Positions 22,019 to 34,056 of a stretch of 64,000 nt of DNA are shown here, piece after piece. The stretch is from an uncultured Acidobacteriota bacterium. GTDB lineage: Bacteria > Acidobacteriota > UBA6911. How positions within the stretch are numbered: the first letter of the stretch is position 1; each line of letters starts with the position of its first letter. A program made the position numbers and the translations under genes. The stretch is taken from assembly GCA_963843575.1 (NCBI GenBank), contig CAWJKZ010000019.1:320001-384000 (forward strand), given 5' to 3'. The notes beneath the pieces were generated by a model that did not search any database, was not told where the DNA came from, and saw nothing but the letters and a program-made list of their open reading frames with translations.

Positions 22019-22084
22019 TGAGCTCTTTTGACCACACCGGCGAGCAATACTGAACTGACGAGTGCTGCGTCCCGAGGGTATAAA
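22019..22084 (+). promoter_or_regulatory. Tandem-box promoter, site H (microprotein, exported protein, possibly groESL)
   Basis: TGAGCTCTTTTGACC (22019), CGAGCAATACTGAAC (22041), then CTGACG-N18-TATAAA. Confidence 0.8.
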
Positions 22085-22193
22085 TATAGAGCTTCCAGCC
22101 TACATCTGGAGGACGGGCGGCCTGTCGACGGATCTTCTTTTCATCCTCTGGATCCCGAACTATCGGTGTGAGGTGTCGCGAAAGGAGGGAATT

Positions 22194-22334
22194 GTGTCGC
22201 AAAACCATGGAGACAAAGCCAGGTTTGCCAAACAACGGCAAAGCAAGGTTCTCAGGCGGAAGCATATTCGAGAATGGACGAAGGCACTGAAGCTCGAAAA
22301 CATAGCGAGGACGATTCAGGCCGAGCCCCAGTAG
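22194..22334 (+). CDS. 46-aa basic microprotein MSQNHGDKARFAKQRQSKVLRRKHIREW...
   Basis: Strong AAAGGAGG RBS before GTG 22194; downstream of site H. Confidence 0.6.
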   Translation: MSQNHGDKARFAKQRQSKVLRRKHIREWTKALKLENIARTIQAEPQ

Positions 22335-22418
22335 GCGGGGGACTGCGGTCCAATGCCCGGCGCTCGGACGCACGTCGTTTTTGACGCGTCGTGAGGTCAC
22401 ATCGTAAGGAGGCCCCCA

Positions 22419-23108
22419 ATGATTAATGCTCGAGGTTTCTTGATCTCCATTATTTTGACCGTGCTTGCCACGCCTTTGATTTATGCTCAAGACCTTTCGA
22501 GCTACCGGGGGTTCCAACTGGGAATGAACCTGCTCGCGGTGGCCAAACAGGCGAACGTGAAACCCTCGGAGGCCAAGGTGATTTACCAGCGGCCCGCGGT
22601 CATTCAGGAACTGGAATGGCTGCCGCAGGGCTCCTACGGTGCTCCCGTTCAAGGGGATCCGGTCAAGGAGGTTCTGTTCAGCTTCTATAACGGCGAGCTC
22701 TATCGAATTGTGGTCAATTACGATCAGGACAGGACCCAGGGCCTGACCGACGCGGACATGATCGAAGGCATTTCGACAAAGTACGGAACGCCAATCACCC
22801 CTGTTGCTGAGATCATCAGTTCTTCTCCGTCGCAAGTCTACAGCGACAGCGAAAAGGTCATAGCGCGATGGGAAGACACGAACTACTCGCTCAATCTCTT
22901 CCGTTTCTCTTACGGGCTTGCCCCGGGAATGCTGGTTTTCTCCAAACGGCTGGATGCCCTTGCCCAGGTAGCCATCACCCAGGCGATTCGTATGAACGAA
23001 CAAGAGGCGCCACAACGGGAGGTTGACCGTTTGAAAAAGCAGGATCAGGAGAAGAATGCCGCGGGGCAGAAGGTCAGGCCGGCGAACAAGGCGAATTTTC
23101 GTCCCTGA
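22419..23108 (+). CDS. Exported hypothetical protein
   Basis: TAAGGAGG RBS; signal peptide ending IYA-QD; C-terminal ANKANFRP. Confidence 0.75.
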   Translation: MINARGFLISIILTVLATPLIYAQDLSSYRGFQLGMNLLAVAKQANVKPSEAKVIYQRPAVIQELEWLPQGSYGAPVQGDPVKEVLFSFYNGELYRIVVNYDQDRTQGLTDADMIEGISTKYGTPITPVAEIISSSPSQVYSDSEKVIARWEDTNYSLNLFRFSYGLAPGMLVFSKRLDALAQVAITQAIRMNEQEAPQREVDRLKKQDQEKNAAGQKVRPANKANFRP

Positions 23109-23254
23109 TGGCACCTGTCCGTTTCAGTGATAATGACAACCTGATTGCGGCGGTTCGGCGCTGCTCCTGAACGCCATCAGCCGGGGTCGGGAATCGGCAG
23201 AGAATTTTGGTGGAAACACCGCTAACGTAGTTTCATAGGAATGGAGACTTGGGA

Positions 23255-23551
23255 ATGAAAACGAGACCATTGCACGATCGGGTACTTTTGAGGCGGATTG
23301 AAGAGAAGGAAGAGGTCAAGGGCGGGATCATCATTCCGGACACGGCGAAAGAGAAACCGATGGAAGGAGAGGTGATATCGGTAGGCCCGGGAAAGATCAT
23401 GGAAGACGGCAAGCGGTCGCCAATGGACGTGAAGGCAGGAGATCGGGTGCTGTTCGGGAAGTACGCGGGGACGGAGATCAAGATTGATGACAAGGAGTAC
23501 ATCATCATGCGGGAGGAAGAGCTCCTCGCGGTACTCAAGAAGGAGAAGTAG
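23255..23551 (+). CDS. groES: Co-chaperonin GroES
   Basis: [33 protein letters not shown]. Confidence 0.97.
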   Translation: MKTRPLHDRVLLRRIEEKEEVKGGIIIPDTAKEKPMEGEVISVGPGKIMEDGKRSPMDVKAGDRVLFGKYAGTEIKIDDKEYIIMREEELLAVLKKEK

Positions 23552-23600
23552 ACGCTTCTGCAGCACCGGGAAGTCAAATCGAAGGGAAGATAAGGAGTGA

Positions 23601-25232
<1,632 letters not shown>

Positions 25233-25292
25233 ACCGGTCGCGAAGCACCAGGGGCGCCAGGCGTTTTTTCGCTCGAGCTGAAACAGCCGCGG

Positions 25293-26226
25293 TCATTCGC
25301 TCGCCCTGAGCAATCCCTGGTGCCGCAGCCAGTTGGCACAAGCCTGCGTCCAGGTGGAGCATGGATGGTCGCTTGGGCGGACACCGAAGTCGTGGGCGGC
25401 CGTTGCGTAGACGTGCAACTCCGCCGGGATGCCGGCTCGCTTCAGGGCCAGGTACATGACCACGCTGTGATCGGGGTCGCTGATGATGTCGTCCCCGCCG
25501 TGCACCAGAAAGATCGGGGCTGTTCCCGGCCGGGATGCGCAGGCCGGGAGCGAGCTCATCCTTGTCCTTGGCCTTCAGATAGCCCGAATAGCACAGGATG
25601 GCGAAATCGGGCCGGCAACTGATCTTGTCGATGTCGTCGACCGGCTCGTAGGTCCGCTTCTCGAAGCCGATGGCCGTCGCCAGGGCCAGATGTCCGCCCG
25701 CCGAGAAGCCGACGATGCCGATTCGCTGCGGGTCGATTCCCCACTCCTCGGCCTTGCTCCGCACCAGGCTGACGGCCCGCTGGGCATCCTGGAGCGGGCG
25801 CCGCGCCGGCTCGCCCTTGGGCTCATCGGGCCGGCGCGGCACCCGGTACTTGAGGATGATGCCGGTCACGCCCAGCGAATTCAGCCAGGCAGCGACCTCC
25901 TCGCCTTCCAGTTGCCAGTAGAGGTTCCAGTAGCCGCCCCCGGGACAGATCAGCACCGCGGTCCCGGTGTCCTTGTCCTTCGCCGGCCGATAGATCGTGA
26001 TGGTCGGTCTGCTGACGTTGGTCACCATCCTGGTCGGCTCCGTGACCTCGACCTGCTTGCGGTCCAGCTTCGGCGACATCACGACCTTCTCCTCGCCGAT
26101 GTTGCCGACCTCATCCGGGACCTGGCCCGGCCAGAGCTCCACGACCAGCGGCTTGTCCTGCGCGAGCACCGGTCCGCCGGTACACAAGCCGGCGATGATC
26201 AAGAGCCGCGATGCCAATCGCCTCAT
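25293..26226 (-). CDS. Exported alpha/beta hydrolase (acetyl-xylan esterase/BD-FAE-like; one frameshift near 25525)
   Basis: CPGGGY, GFSAGGHLA nucleophile motif; the other frame supplies FLVHGGDD and AELHVY...HDFG. Confidence 0.85.
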
Positions 26227-26275
26227 GGTGCCCCCTTCGTTGACGGAGATCATCGTCGAGGAGCGGCAACGCCCC

Positions 26276-26308
26276 AGATGTGAAATGATTCTTGCGCGAG
26301 CCCTAAGC
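26276..26308 (-). mobile_element. Solo family 3 MITE end
   Basis: ATGTGAAATGATTCTTGCGCGAGCCCTAAG matches the reverse complement of the TIR at 19636. Confidence 0.6.
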
Positions 26309-26377
26309 CCACCGCGAGAGCAATGGACCGAGGATACAGCAGCCCCAGACCTCGGTCAACGATTGCACTGCTGCTCG

Positions 26378-26457
26378 AGGACGCGGATCAACGCGGAGAA
26401 ACGCGGATCAGAACTGACGATCCGACCTGCCGGCGTTTATCGGTTTTCATCCGCGTG
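26378..26457. repeat. Degenerate family 1 element
   Basis: AGGACGCGGATCAACGCGGAGAAACGCGGATC...ATCCGCGTG. Confidence 0.55.
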
Positions 26458-26591
26458 CCACCATGCTTTTCCGCTGCTACCAGGCGCCCCGGTCAGGAAA
26501 CCTGGTGAAATCCTGCCGGAGTTGTTTATAGTGGGCGGACGGAAGGCGCCCGACCTGCGCCCGATTGCGCGCTCAAGAAGCGGGGAACACC

Positions 26592-28640
26592 ATGAAAAGT
26601 CGTGCGTTGATCTTCGTGATTGCGTTCGGGGCGAGCGTCGTTGCGCAGGACGTGCCCCGGGCCAAGTGGATTGAAGGCGGACTCATCGATGCGGGAGGCA
26701 CGCACGAACCCACGATCTTCGTGGTCCGACGCGGCGGGCAACGGCTCGATGCGCGCGAGCAGAACGACCTCGCCGAGAGTGAAGACACGTTGCGCCGGCT
26801 GAAGGAGCAGGGCGTCGAAGTCTTTCACACCCATCTCTACAAGGGCTTCGGCATGGCGGCCGAGAGGCCCGGTATGGAGCAGACCAGACACACGGCGGAA
26901 ATCGCACACCGTCTCGGCCTCAAGGTCGACACGTACATCCAGTGGAACACCATGATGTACGAGACCTTTTTCGCCGAGGAGCCGCGGGCCCAAAACTGGA
27001 TCCAGCGCGACGCGCGCGGCCGGCCCATTCTGCTGACCTACGGATATCAGCAGTCCTACCGCTATCGCCCCTGCTTCGCAAACCAAGAGTACCTAGATTA
27101 CCTCAAGAAAATAGTCCGATACGCGGTCGAGGACGTCAAAACCGACTTCATTCATTTCGACAACTTCGACCTCAATCCCGAGCCCGACTCCTGTCACGAC
27201 GAGGCCTGCACGCGCGGATTCCGCGCGTACCTGAAGCAGAAGTACACGCCGGCGGAACGGACAGAACGCCTTGGGTTCGAGAACGTCGACTTCGTCAATC
27301 CGCCCGAGTGGAACGAGCCCAACCCGCCGGCGCGGATGCAGGTGATCTACGATCCCGTCATTCAGGAGTGGATCGACTATCGCTGCCAGGTCATGGCAGA
27401 CGCCCTGCGGCAGATGGCGGTTTATGCCAAGTCCCTGAATTCGGAAGTTGTGATCGAGGTTAACCCGCACGGCATCACCGGGGGCAACCGGGCCTGGGAA
27501 GCAGGGATCGATCACTCTCGCATTCTCAAGTCGACCCAGGCTTTCTGGACCGAGGAATCGGTCGATCCCGGTTTTGCCCCCGATGGACGGCTGCTTTCAC
27601 ACATCCGGAGCTACAAGCTGGCGCGGACCTATCGGAATGTGCTGATGACCTACATCTCCGACAATCCGGTCGCGATGGCGGAGGCGCTGGCGTTCAATCA
27701 GACCATTGGGTTCGCGGGCACCGCCCCGTTGCGCGCCGAGATGCTGCGCTACATCGACTTTTACAGGAGGAATCGGGAGCTGTTCACGGGCTCGCAGGAC
27801 CTGGCGAACGTCGCGGTCCTGCGTTCTTATCCGTCGATTACCTACAACCAGCGGAACGTCCAGCTCGCGACTATCCTGGTCGAGCAGGCGCTGATTCAGG
27901 GACGGATTCCCTTCGACCTGATCTTCGATGAGCACCTCGCGGACCTCGCGAAATACAAGGTACTGGTACTGCCCGACACGGAATGCCTCAGCGACGCGCA
28001 ACTGGCGTCGATCCGGAAGTTCGTCGCCGGCGGGGGAGGGCTGGCGGCCACGGGGCTGGCGGGTCGCTATGACCAGTGGCGGAGATTGCGTGTCGTGCCG
28101 GGCTTGAACGGGTTGATCGACGGCCAGCCTGCGGCGCGGGACTACGAAGAAGAGGTGGCGTCGGCCGAGGTCGGAGGCGCACCGGTGCGCAAGGAGTTTG
28201 AGAAGGGGCGCGTCGTCTATATCCCGGCGGTTCGCTTCGACGGCAAGCTCCCGGAGTTCGGCAAATATTTCCAGGTCGATCCCCGTTTCTGGAAGCTGCC
28301 GAAGAATGCCGGGGACATCACGGACGGCGTGCGGTGGGCAGCCCGGGGCGACATCCCGATGGAGGTGAGCGGACCGTCGTACCTGGTGGCGAACGCGGTC
28401 GAACAGCCCCAAAAGCGTAGCCTGATCGTGCACCTCGTAAACTACAATGCCGGGAAGGCGCCCCTGCCGGATCCGGTCGGGATCACGTGCCGGATTCCGG
28501 CGGGCCAAAAGGCCAAGGGACTCCGGGTCTACTCGCCGGACGCGGCCGGGCCCCGGTCGGTCGAGATGAAGAGCGAGGGTTCGAAGGTCAGCTTTACCGT
28601 TGCAGTGAAGACCTATTCCGTGGCGGTGATAGAGTGGTGA
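26592..28640 (+). CDS. Exported glycoside-hydrolase-like protein with GH42-type trimerisation (GATase-like) domain
   Basis: Signal peptide; barrel-like region (FIHFDNF, EWIDYRC); IPFDLIFDEHLADLAKYKVLVLPDTECLSDAQLASIRKFVAGGGGL; C-terminal VHLVNY. Confidence 0.65.
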   Translation: MKSRALIFVIAFGASVVAQDVPRAKWIEGGLIDAGGTHEPTIFVVRRGGQRLDAREQNDLAESEDTLRRLKEQGVEVFHTHLYKGFGMAAERPGMEQTRHTAEIAHRLGLKVDTYIQWNTMMYETFFAEEPRAQNWIQRDARGRPILLTYGYQQSYRYRPCFANQEYLDYLKKIVRYAVEDVKTDFIHFDNFDLNPEPDSCHDEACTRGFRAYLKQKYTPAERTERLGFENVDFVNPPEWNEPNPPARMQVIYDPVIQEWIDYRCQVMADALRQMAVYAKSLNSEVVIEVNPHGITGGNRAWEAGIDHSRILKSTQAFWTEESVDPGFAPDGRLLSHIRSYKLARTYRNVLMTYISDNPVAMAEALAFNQTIGFAGTAPLRAEMLRYIDFYRRNRELFTGSQDLANVAVLRSYPSITYNQRNVQLATILVEQALIQGRIPFDLIFDEHLADLAKYKVLVLPDTECLSDAQLASIRKFVAGGGGLAATGLAGRYDQWRRLRVVPGLNGLIDGQPAARDYEEEVASAEVGGAPVRKEFEKGRVVYIPAVRFDGKLPEFGKYFQVDPRFWKLPKNAGDITDGVRWAARGDIPMEVSGPSYLVANAVEQPQKRSLIVHLVNYNAGKAPLPDPVGITCRIPAGQKAKGLRVYSPDAAGPRSVEMKSEGSKVSFTVAVKTYSVAVIEW

Positions 28641-29905
28641 ACTGGATATTGCGTTTGCTCGCGATCCTGCTGCTTCTCGCGCCGGCAGCCATGCCCGCGT
28701 CGCAGACCGTTCGTGTGGATCACCGGGTTTTTTCCGGCCTGCACGAGATGGACGGCAACTGGGCGGCGCTTTATGCGGCGAGTGACGGGAAGGTTTATGC
28801 CGGACTGGCCTATCACGGCGGTGACGGCCACCTGGTCTACTATGATTCGAAGACGGACCGGCTGCACGATGTCGGGAACCTGACCGAGCTGTGCGGCGAG
28901 TCTGAAGTGAGACGTGGTCCGCAGTCCAAGATTCACGCCAAGTTCGGCGAAGGCAAGGACGGGCGTATCTACTTCGGGACGCACGCCGGCTTGTGGTGGA
29001 ACTACGCGCGCTTCGCCACGAAAGAGGGATACCCAGGCGCGCACTGGATGGCCTTCGACCCGAAGTCCGGCCGTGTCGAGGACTTCGGGCTGGGCGCCAG
29101 AAACGAAGGGATCAACACCGGCGCGTATGATCCGTTGTTCAACCGCATCTACGGCCTCACGCACCCGCGTGGCCACTTCGTGTACTACGACGTCGCCGCG
29201 CGCCGCGCCGTCGACAAGGGGCGCATCAACAACTTCGAGTCGATCTGCCGCACGCTCGGGATCGACGACGAGGGTAACGTGTACGGCAGTTTCGGACAGG
29301 GCGAGGTGTTTCGCTACAATCCCCGTGCGGACGAGATCGAGGAGCTCCCGGTGCGGCTTCCCATCCGCGCGAAAGGGACGTCGCTCGGGCGCGACTACCT
29401 GAAGTCCGAGACCGCCTGGCGCACGGTGGTGTGGGACCGGCCAACGCGCCAGTTCTTTGGCGTGGAGGAAAGCGCCACCATCCTCTTTTCGTTCAATCCC
29501 CGCAACAATGAGGTGCGCCGTCTCGGGCAGCTGTCGATCCCCGCGTTCGACGAGAGCCGTGACATACCCTACGCGACCTTGAGCCTGGCGCTCGGCCACG
29601 ACAGGAAGCTCTATTACGGTGCGGCGGGGCGCGAATTCGATTACGGCGGAAGCGCAGAGGCGGCGACCTCGCACCTGATCACCTGGGACCTGGACTCCGG
29701 TCGCAGAGAAGACCTGGGCGAAATGCTGCTGGCGGACGGCAGGCGGGTCCTCGGCACCAACGCGGCCGATACCGGCCCGGACGGAACGATCTACCTGGTC
29801 GGCGCCATAGAAGTGCGGCCTGAAGCGGGGAAACCCTTGGAGGCTGCAGGAAAGGTCGGCGGCGTGTACTACCGGCTTGCGCTGCTCATCTATCGAGGGC
29901 GGTGA
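28637..29905 (+). CDS. Exported beta-propeller-like protein
   Basis: GTGA coupling; signal peptide; repeated DGKVYAG/DGRIYFG/DGTIYLVG blades. Confidence 0.65.
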   Translation: MNWILRLLAILLLLAPAAMPASQTVRVDHRVFSGLHEMDGNWAALYAASDGKVYAGLAYHGGDGHLVYYDSKTDRLHDVGNLTELCGESEVRRGPQSKIHAKFGEGKDGRIYFGTHAGLWWNYARFATKEGYPGAHWMAFDPKSGRVEDFGLGARNEGINTGAYDPLFNRIYGLTHPRGHFVYYDVAARRAVDKGRINNFESICRTLGIDDEGNVYGSFGQGEVFRYNPRADEIEELPVRLPIRAKGTSLGRDYLKSETAWRTVVWDRPTRQFFGVEESATILFSFNPRNNEVRRLGQLSIPAFDESRDIPYATLSLALGHDRKLYYGAAGREFDYGGSAEAATSHLITWDLDSGRREDLGEMLLADGRRVLGTNAADTGPDGTIYLVGAIEVRPEAGKPLEAAGKVGGVYYRLALLIYRGR

Positions 29906-29909
29906 TGCC

Positions 29910-31085
29910 ATGCTGAAGCTGCGGAGGTGCCACTGGCGGCTCGGACTGCTGATCGTTCTGTGCTCGCGGCCGGCCGCGGCACAACGGGAGCCCGGATACG
30001 ATCACTCGGTGGTCAAGCAGGTGCGGATCGATCTGCGCGACCTGGGGTACCCCCCGGTGGATGTTATCCCGGCAGACGAATCCGCCATCCGGGCGCTGGC
30101 GGTCGCGCCGGATGGCACCCTCTATGGCGCTACGAGCGGGAGACGCAGCCATTTGTTCCAACTCGATCCGGTGCACGGGTACGTGCTTCCGCTCGGGTTT
30201 TTCGAGGGTGTATCGGCGGTGGAAGGGGCGCTCGTGATCTCGCGCACCGGCGACGTCTATGTCGGAACCGTGCCGGGCGGGCACCTGTTGAAGTATGCGC
30301 GGCCGAGGCCCGGGTCCGAGGCCGTGCCGCAGGTGCTGAAGCCGTTGCCGGTAGTCGATCTGGGCGCACCGCTTGCCGGCGACAGCATCTCGGCGCTGGC
30401 GATCGATCGCGAGCGCGATACGATCTACGGCCTGACCAGGCCCAACGGAGCCTTTTTCAGCTATGCCATCGACGGCGGACGCTTCGCCGTGCACGGCAAG
30501 GTCGCCGAACACGACATGCCGGGTGAGAAGTTCGAAGCCGGGAAGAACATCGGTCGGGCGATCGCAGTCGATGCAGACGGCAACGCCTTCACCTCCGGCG
30601 AGGGCGGGTCGCTGTTCCGGTACTCCAGCTCCTCCGGTTCACTGCTCAAGCTGGAGGTCACGGTGCCGGGGGTGCCCGGTCGGGAACCCTACAACCGTGT
30701 GGATGCGTGGGCGGTGGGGAGTGACGGGGCCATCCTCTACGGAGGCTCTTCCGACGGCTACCTGTTTCGGCTTGACCCCCGGGAGCTGCGCGTCCGGAAC
30801 CTCGGCAAGCCGCTCAACCGGTATCGCATCCGCGCGCTGGTGCTGGCCCGGAACGGAAAGCTCTACGGCGTGGGCGGCGACGACGACGAAATGGCGCAAC
30901 TCTTCGGTTACGACCCGGCGGGCGGGACCTATGAACTCCTGGGAATGATCGATGTGAACCGCCGCCCCTACTATTCCTGGCAGGCCTACGTCATCGACTG
31001 CGCCGCACTCGGAAGCGACGGCATCGTTTACCTCGGGCAAAGCGAGCGCAAGTCGAGACTCTACCTCTACTACCCCGAACCCTGA
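29910..31085 (+). CDS. Exported beta-propeller-like protein
   Basis: Signal peptide; repeated IRALAVAPDGTLYG / IRALVLARNGKLYG blades. Confidence 0.65.
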   Translation: MLKLRRCHWRLGLLIVLCSRPAAAQREPGYDHSVVKQVRIDLRDLGYPPVDVIPADESAIRALAVAPDGTLYGATSGRRSHLFQLDPVHGYVLPLGFFEGVSAVEGALVISRTGDVYVGTVPGGHLLKYARPRPGSEAVPQVLKPLPVVDLGAPLAGDSISALAIDRERDTIYGLTRPNGAFFSYAIDGGRFAVHGKVAEHDMPGEKFEAGKNIGRAIAVDADGNAFTSGEGGSLFRYSSSSGSLLKLEVTVPGVPGREPYNRVDAWAVGSDGAILYGGSSDGYLFRLDPRELRVRNLGKPLNRYRIRALVLARNGKLYGVGGDDDEMAQLFGYDPAGGTYELLGMIDVNRRPYYSWQAYVIDCAALGSDGIVYLGQSERKSRLYLYYPEP

Positions 31086-31098
31086 CCGGACGGGTCCA

Positions 31099-31200
31099 CA
31101 ACACGGGCGATGAAAGACAAAAGCCAAAACAGAACGCAGATTCCGCGCGCATCCGCGTCCTGAAAAATACGTTGGCGTATTTGTGAACATCGGTACTAAG
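31099..31200 (+). repeat. Family 1 element, internally collapsed copy
   Basis: Same left flank as 2583 copy joined directly to CCGCGCGCATCCGCGTCCTGAAAAATACG...GTACTAAG. Confidence 0.8.
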
Positions 31201-31217
31201 TCCGCTGGGAAAGGCAA

Positions 31218-32579
31218 ATGGCCAAACGCTCGATCATGCCGCTTGCAGCTGAAACCTCGCCGGTCGCGGCGCCGAAGCATCTGCTGCGGGTGCTGGGCGT
31301 GAGTTTCGGGTTGGCCGTCACGATCGGCAATACGATCGGCATGGGCATCCTGAGGACGCCCGGGGAGGTCGCGACCCGCTTGCCCAACGCGTTTCTGTTC
31401 ATGGCCGTGTGGTTGGCAGGCGGAGTGTTCGCCTTGCTGTGCGTGCTGTCCATCGCGGAAATCGCCACCATGCTGCCGCGCTCCGGCGGCCATTACGTCT
31501 TCGCACATCACGCGTTCGGTGATTATCCCGGATTCCTCGCCGGCTGGGCCGACTGGCTTTCCACCTGTGGCGCCATGGCACTGGTCTCGATGACCGTCGG
31601 CGAGTATACGGGGCTGCTGTTTCCTCGGCTGCTCGGCTATGACAAGTATATTGCGACCACCGTGGTGGTGGTGTTCGCACTGCTTCAATGGCGCGGCATA
31701 CGCTGGGGGAGCGGGGCGCAGCAGATCACGGCGTTCTTCAAGACACTCGCATTTCTGGCGCTGGTGGCGGCGTGCTTCCTGTTCGCCGGTCGCACCGCAT
31801 CCACGGCTGATGCCGTCGCCAGAACTCCGGCGGGCTTGGGCTGGTTTGTCGCGATCGTCGTCTCGCTGGGTGCCGTCATCTACACCTACGACGGCTGGCA
31901 GGGAATCATCTATTTTTCGGAGGAGGTGCACAACCCGGCGCACGACATCCCCCGCTCGATGTTCGGGGGCGCGTGCGCGGTTATCATCATCTATGTGCTC
32001 GTGAACCTGGCCGTGCTCCAGATCATGCCGATCACGCACATGGCGGGCGATACGCTGCCGCTGGGCACGGCGATGAAGCTCGTCTGGGGAGCACACGCAG
32101 ACACCGTGGTTCAGGTGGTGGTCATCATCTCTCTGCTGAGCGCAATCAACGCGTATCAGTTGATGTGCTCTCGTGTGCTGTATTCCATGAGTCGCGACGG
32201 ACTGATGCTGAGCATGACAGATCGCGTCAACCGGGGCGGCACGCCGACTGCGAGCCTGCTGTTTACTTCGGCGGCGGGAATCGCTCTGATCGCCAGCGGC
32301 ACCATCAACCGGTTGATCGCCTACGTGGCATTCTTCTTCGTGTTTCTCTACATACTGGATCTGCTGGCGGTGGTGCTGTTGCGCCGCCGGGAGCCGGAGC
32401 GACCGCGACCCTACCGCGTTCCGGGATATCCATGGACAACTCTGACGGCGCTGTGCGCGTCCCTGGCATTTCTTATAGGTGCAATCCTCGGCGACACGCG
32501 CAACAGCCTGTCCGCTGTCCTGGTCCTGGCTCTCAGTTATCCAGCGTTCCTGATCGTTCGTGCGGTGCGACGGCGATAA
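31218..32579 (+). CDS. APC-family amino acid permease
   Basis: GNTIGMGILRTPG, PRSGGHY, YTYDGW, LRRREPERPRPYRVPGYP; about 12 TMs. Confidence 0.92.
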   Translation: MAKRSIMPLAAETSPVAAPKHLLRVLGVSFGLAVTIGNTIGMGILRTPGEVATRLPNAFLFMAVWLAGGVFALLCVLSIAEIATMLPRSGGHYVFAHHAFGDYPGFLAGWADWLSTCGAMALVSMTVGEYTGLLFPRLLGYDKYIATTVVVVFALLQWRGIRWGSGAQQITAFFKTLAFLALVAACFLFAGRTASTADAVARTPAGLGWFVAIVVSLGAVIYTYDGWQGIIYFSEEVHNPAHDIPRSMFGGACAVIIIYVLVNLAVLQIMPITHMAGDTLPLGTAMKLVWGAHADTVVQVVVIISLLSAINAYQLMCSRVLYSMSRDGLMLSMTDRVNRGGTPTASLLFTSAAGIALIASGTINRLIAYVAFFFVFLYILDLLAVVLLRRREPERPRPYRVPGYPWTTLTALCASLAFLIGAILGDTRNSLSAVLVLALSYPAFLIVRAVRRR

Positions 32580-32949
32580 CGGGGAACCACGGGAAGGTCG
32601 TGGTTGACCCGTACCATACGGAATTCTGCTTTCTCTTGGCCTCGGGATACCGGGCGCCGTTACGATCTGATGCGACTACGTTGAATTAGGCGAAGCGGAG
32701 TGTGGAGGTCCGCCGCCCAGGTGAGATCTCCGCGATGAGGCTAGGCATCACTTGGCCAGGCAGGGCTCGAGCTGGTCAGAACCGCCGCCGCTCGATGGGC
32801 GACGCTATCGCCGGCAATCGCGCGATTTTGAAGGCTTCCGGGCCATGGCCAAGTGAGCGGCGACCGCTTGCCGTTTCGGGAGAATTTGGCTTCCGCGGGA
32901 CCTGTTTCGCGGGTATTGTGGAAGCGAAAATCGTAGCCGGAGAGGATAC

Positions 32950-34056
32950 ATGAGCAGGCCCATCGAACGAATTTCCATAAACACTGGCGGCGGCGACGCT
33001 CCGGGGCTGAACGCGGTTATCCAGTCCACGGTCTACGCTGCCGGCCGCCTCGGTTGGAAGGTCTTCGGCATCCGTGAAGGCTATGACGGATTCCTGTTTC
33101 CCGAGCGCTACCCGGATGGCGGACTGGTGGAGCTGGACGCGTCCAAGGTCGAGGGCATCGGCCACCTGGGCGGAACCATCCTGGGGAGCACCAACCGGGG
33201 AAACCCGTTCAGGGCCCTCGAAAAGACGGCGGACGGCAGCGTGCGCGAGGTGGACAGGTCCAGCGAAGTCCTGGAGGCCTTCCGCAGGCACCGGATCGAC
33301 GCGCACATCGCTGTGGGCGGCGACGGGAGCCTCACGATCGCCCTCGAGCTGCACCGCAAGGGACTCCATCTGATCGGCGTTCCCAAGACGATCGACAACG
33401 ACCTGCAGGCCACCGCCTCCACGTTCGGGTTCAGCTCGGCGGTGTCCTTCGCTACGGAATGCCTCGACCGGCTGCACACGACCGCGCAGGCACATCGCAG
33501 GGTGATGGTGGTGGAGGTCATGGGGCGCTACGCCGGGTGGATTGCGCTGCACAGCGGCATCGCCGGCGAAGCGGACGCGATCCTCATCCCCGAGATCCCA
33601 TATGACCTCGGCAAGGTGACCACTCACCTGAAGAGAAAGATCTGCCCGGTCCAGCAGTATGCGATCGTGGTCGTTGCGGAGGGGGCAAAGCCCGCGGGCG
33701 GAGCTGTGACCGTGAAGAGCCGCGAACCCGGGAGAGTGGAAAGGCTGGGCGGCGTCGGCGAGATCGTGGCCCACGAATTGAGCCGGCAGGGAGGATTTGA
33801 AACGCGCGCCGTGGTGCTGGGCCACCTGCTGCGAGGCGGGTCACCCAATGCCTCGGATCGAATTCTCGGGCTGAGTTTCGGAGCGGCGGCTGTGCACGCG
33901 CTCAAAGAAGGGCAGGATGGCATCATGGTCGCACTGAACCCGCCCCGGATCGATTTCGTCCCCCTGGAGGAGGCGGTCAGCAGCATCCGCACCGTGCCGC
34001 CGAACGGCGAACTCGTGACCGCCGCGCGGGCGCTGGACATCAGCTTCGGCGACTGA
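32950..34056 (+). CDS. pfkA: 6-phosphofructokinase (PfkA family, ATP-type GGDGS)
   Basis: TGGGDAPGLN, GGTILG, GGDGS, PKTIDND, EVMGRYAGW. Confidence 0.93.
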   Translation: MSRPIERISINTGGGDAPGLNAVIQSTVYAAGRLGWKVFGIREGYDGFLFPERYPDGGLVELDASKVEGIGHLGGTILGSTNRGNPFRALEKTADGSVREVDRSSEVLEAFRRHRIDAHIAVGGDGSLTIALELHRKGLHLIGVPKTIDNDLQATASTFGFSSAVSFATECLDRLHTTAQAHRRVMVVEVMGRYAGWIALHSGIAGEADAILIPEIPYDLGKVTTHLKRKICPVQQYAIVVVAEGAKPAGGAVTVKSREPGRVERLGGVGEIVAHELSRQGGFETRAVVLGHLLRGGSPNASDRILGLSFGAAAVHALKEGQDGIMVALNPPRIDFVPLEEAVSSIRTVPPNGELVTAARALDISFGD

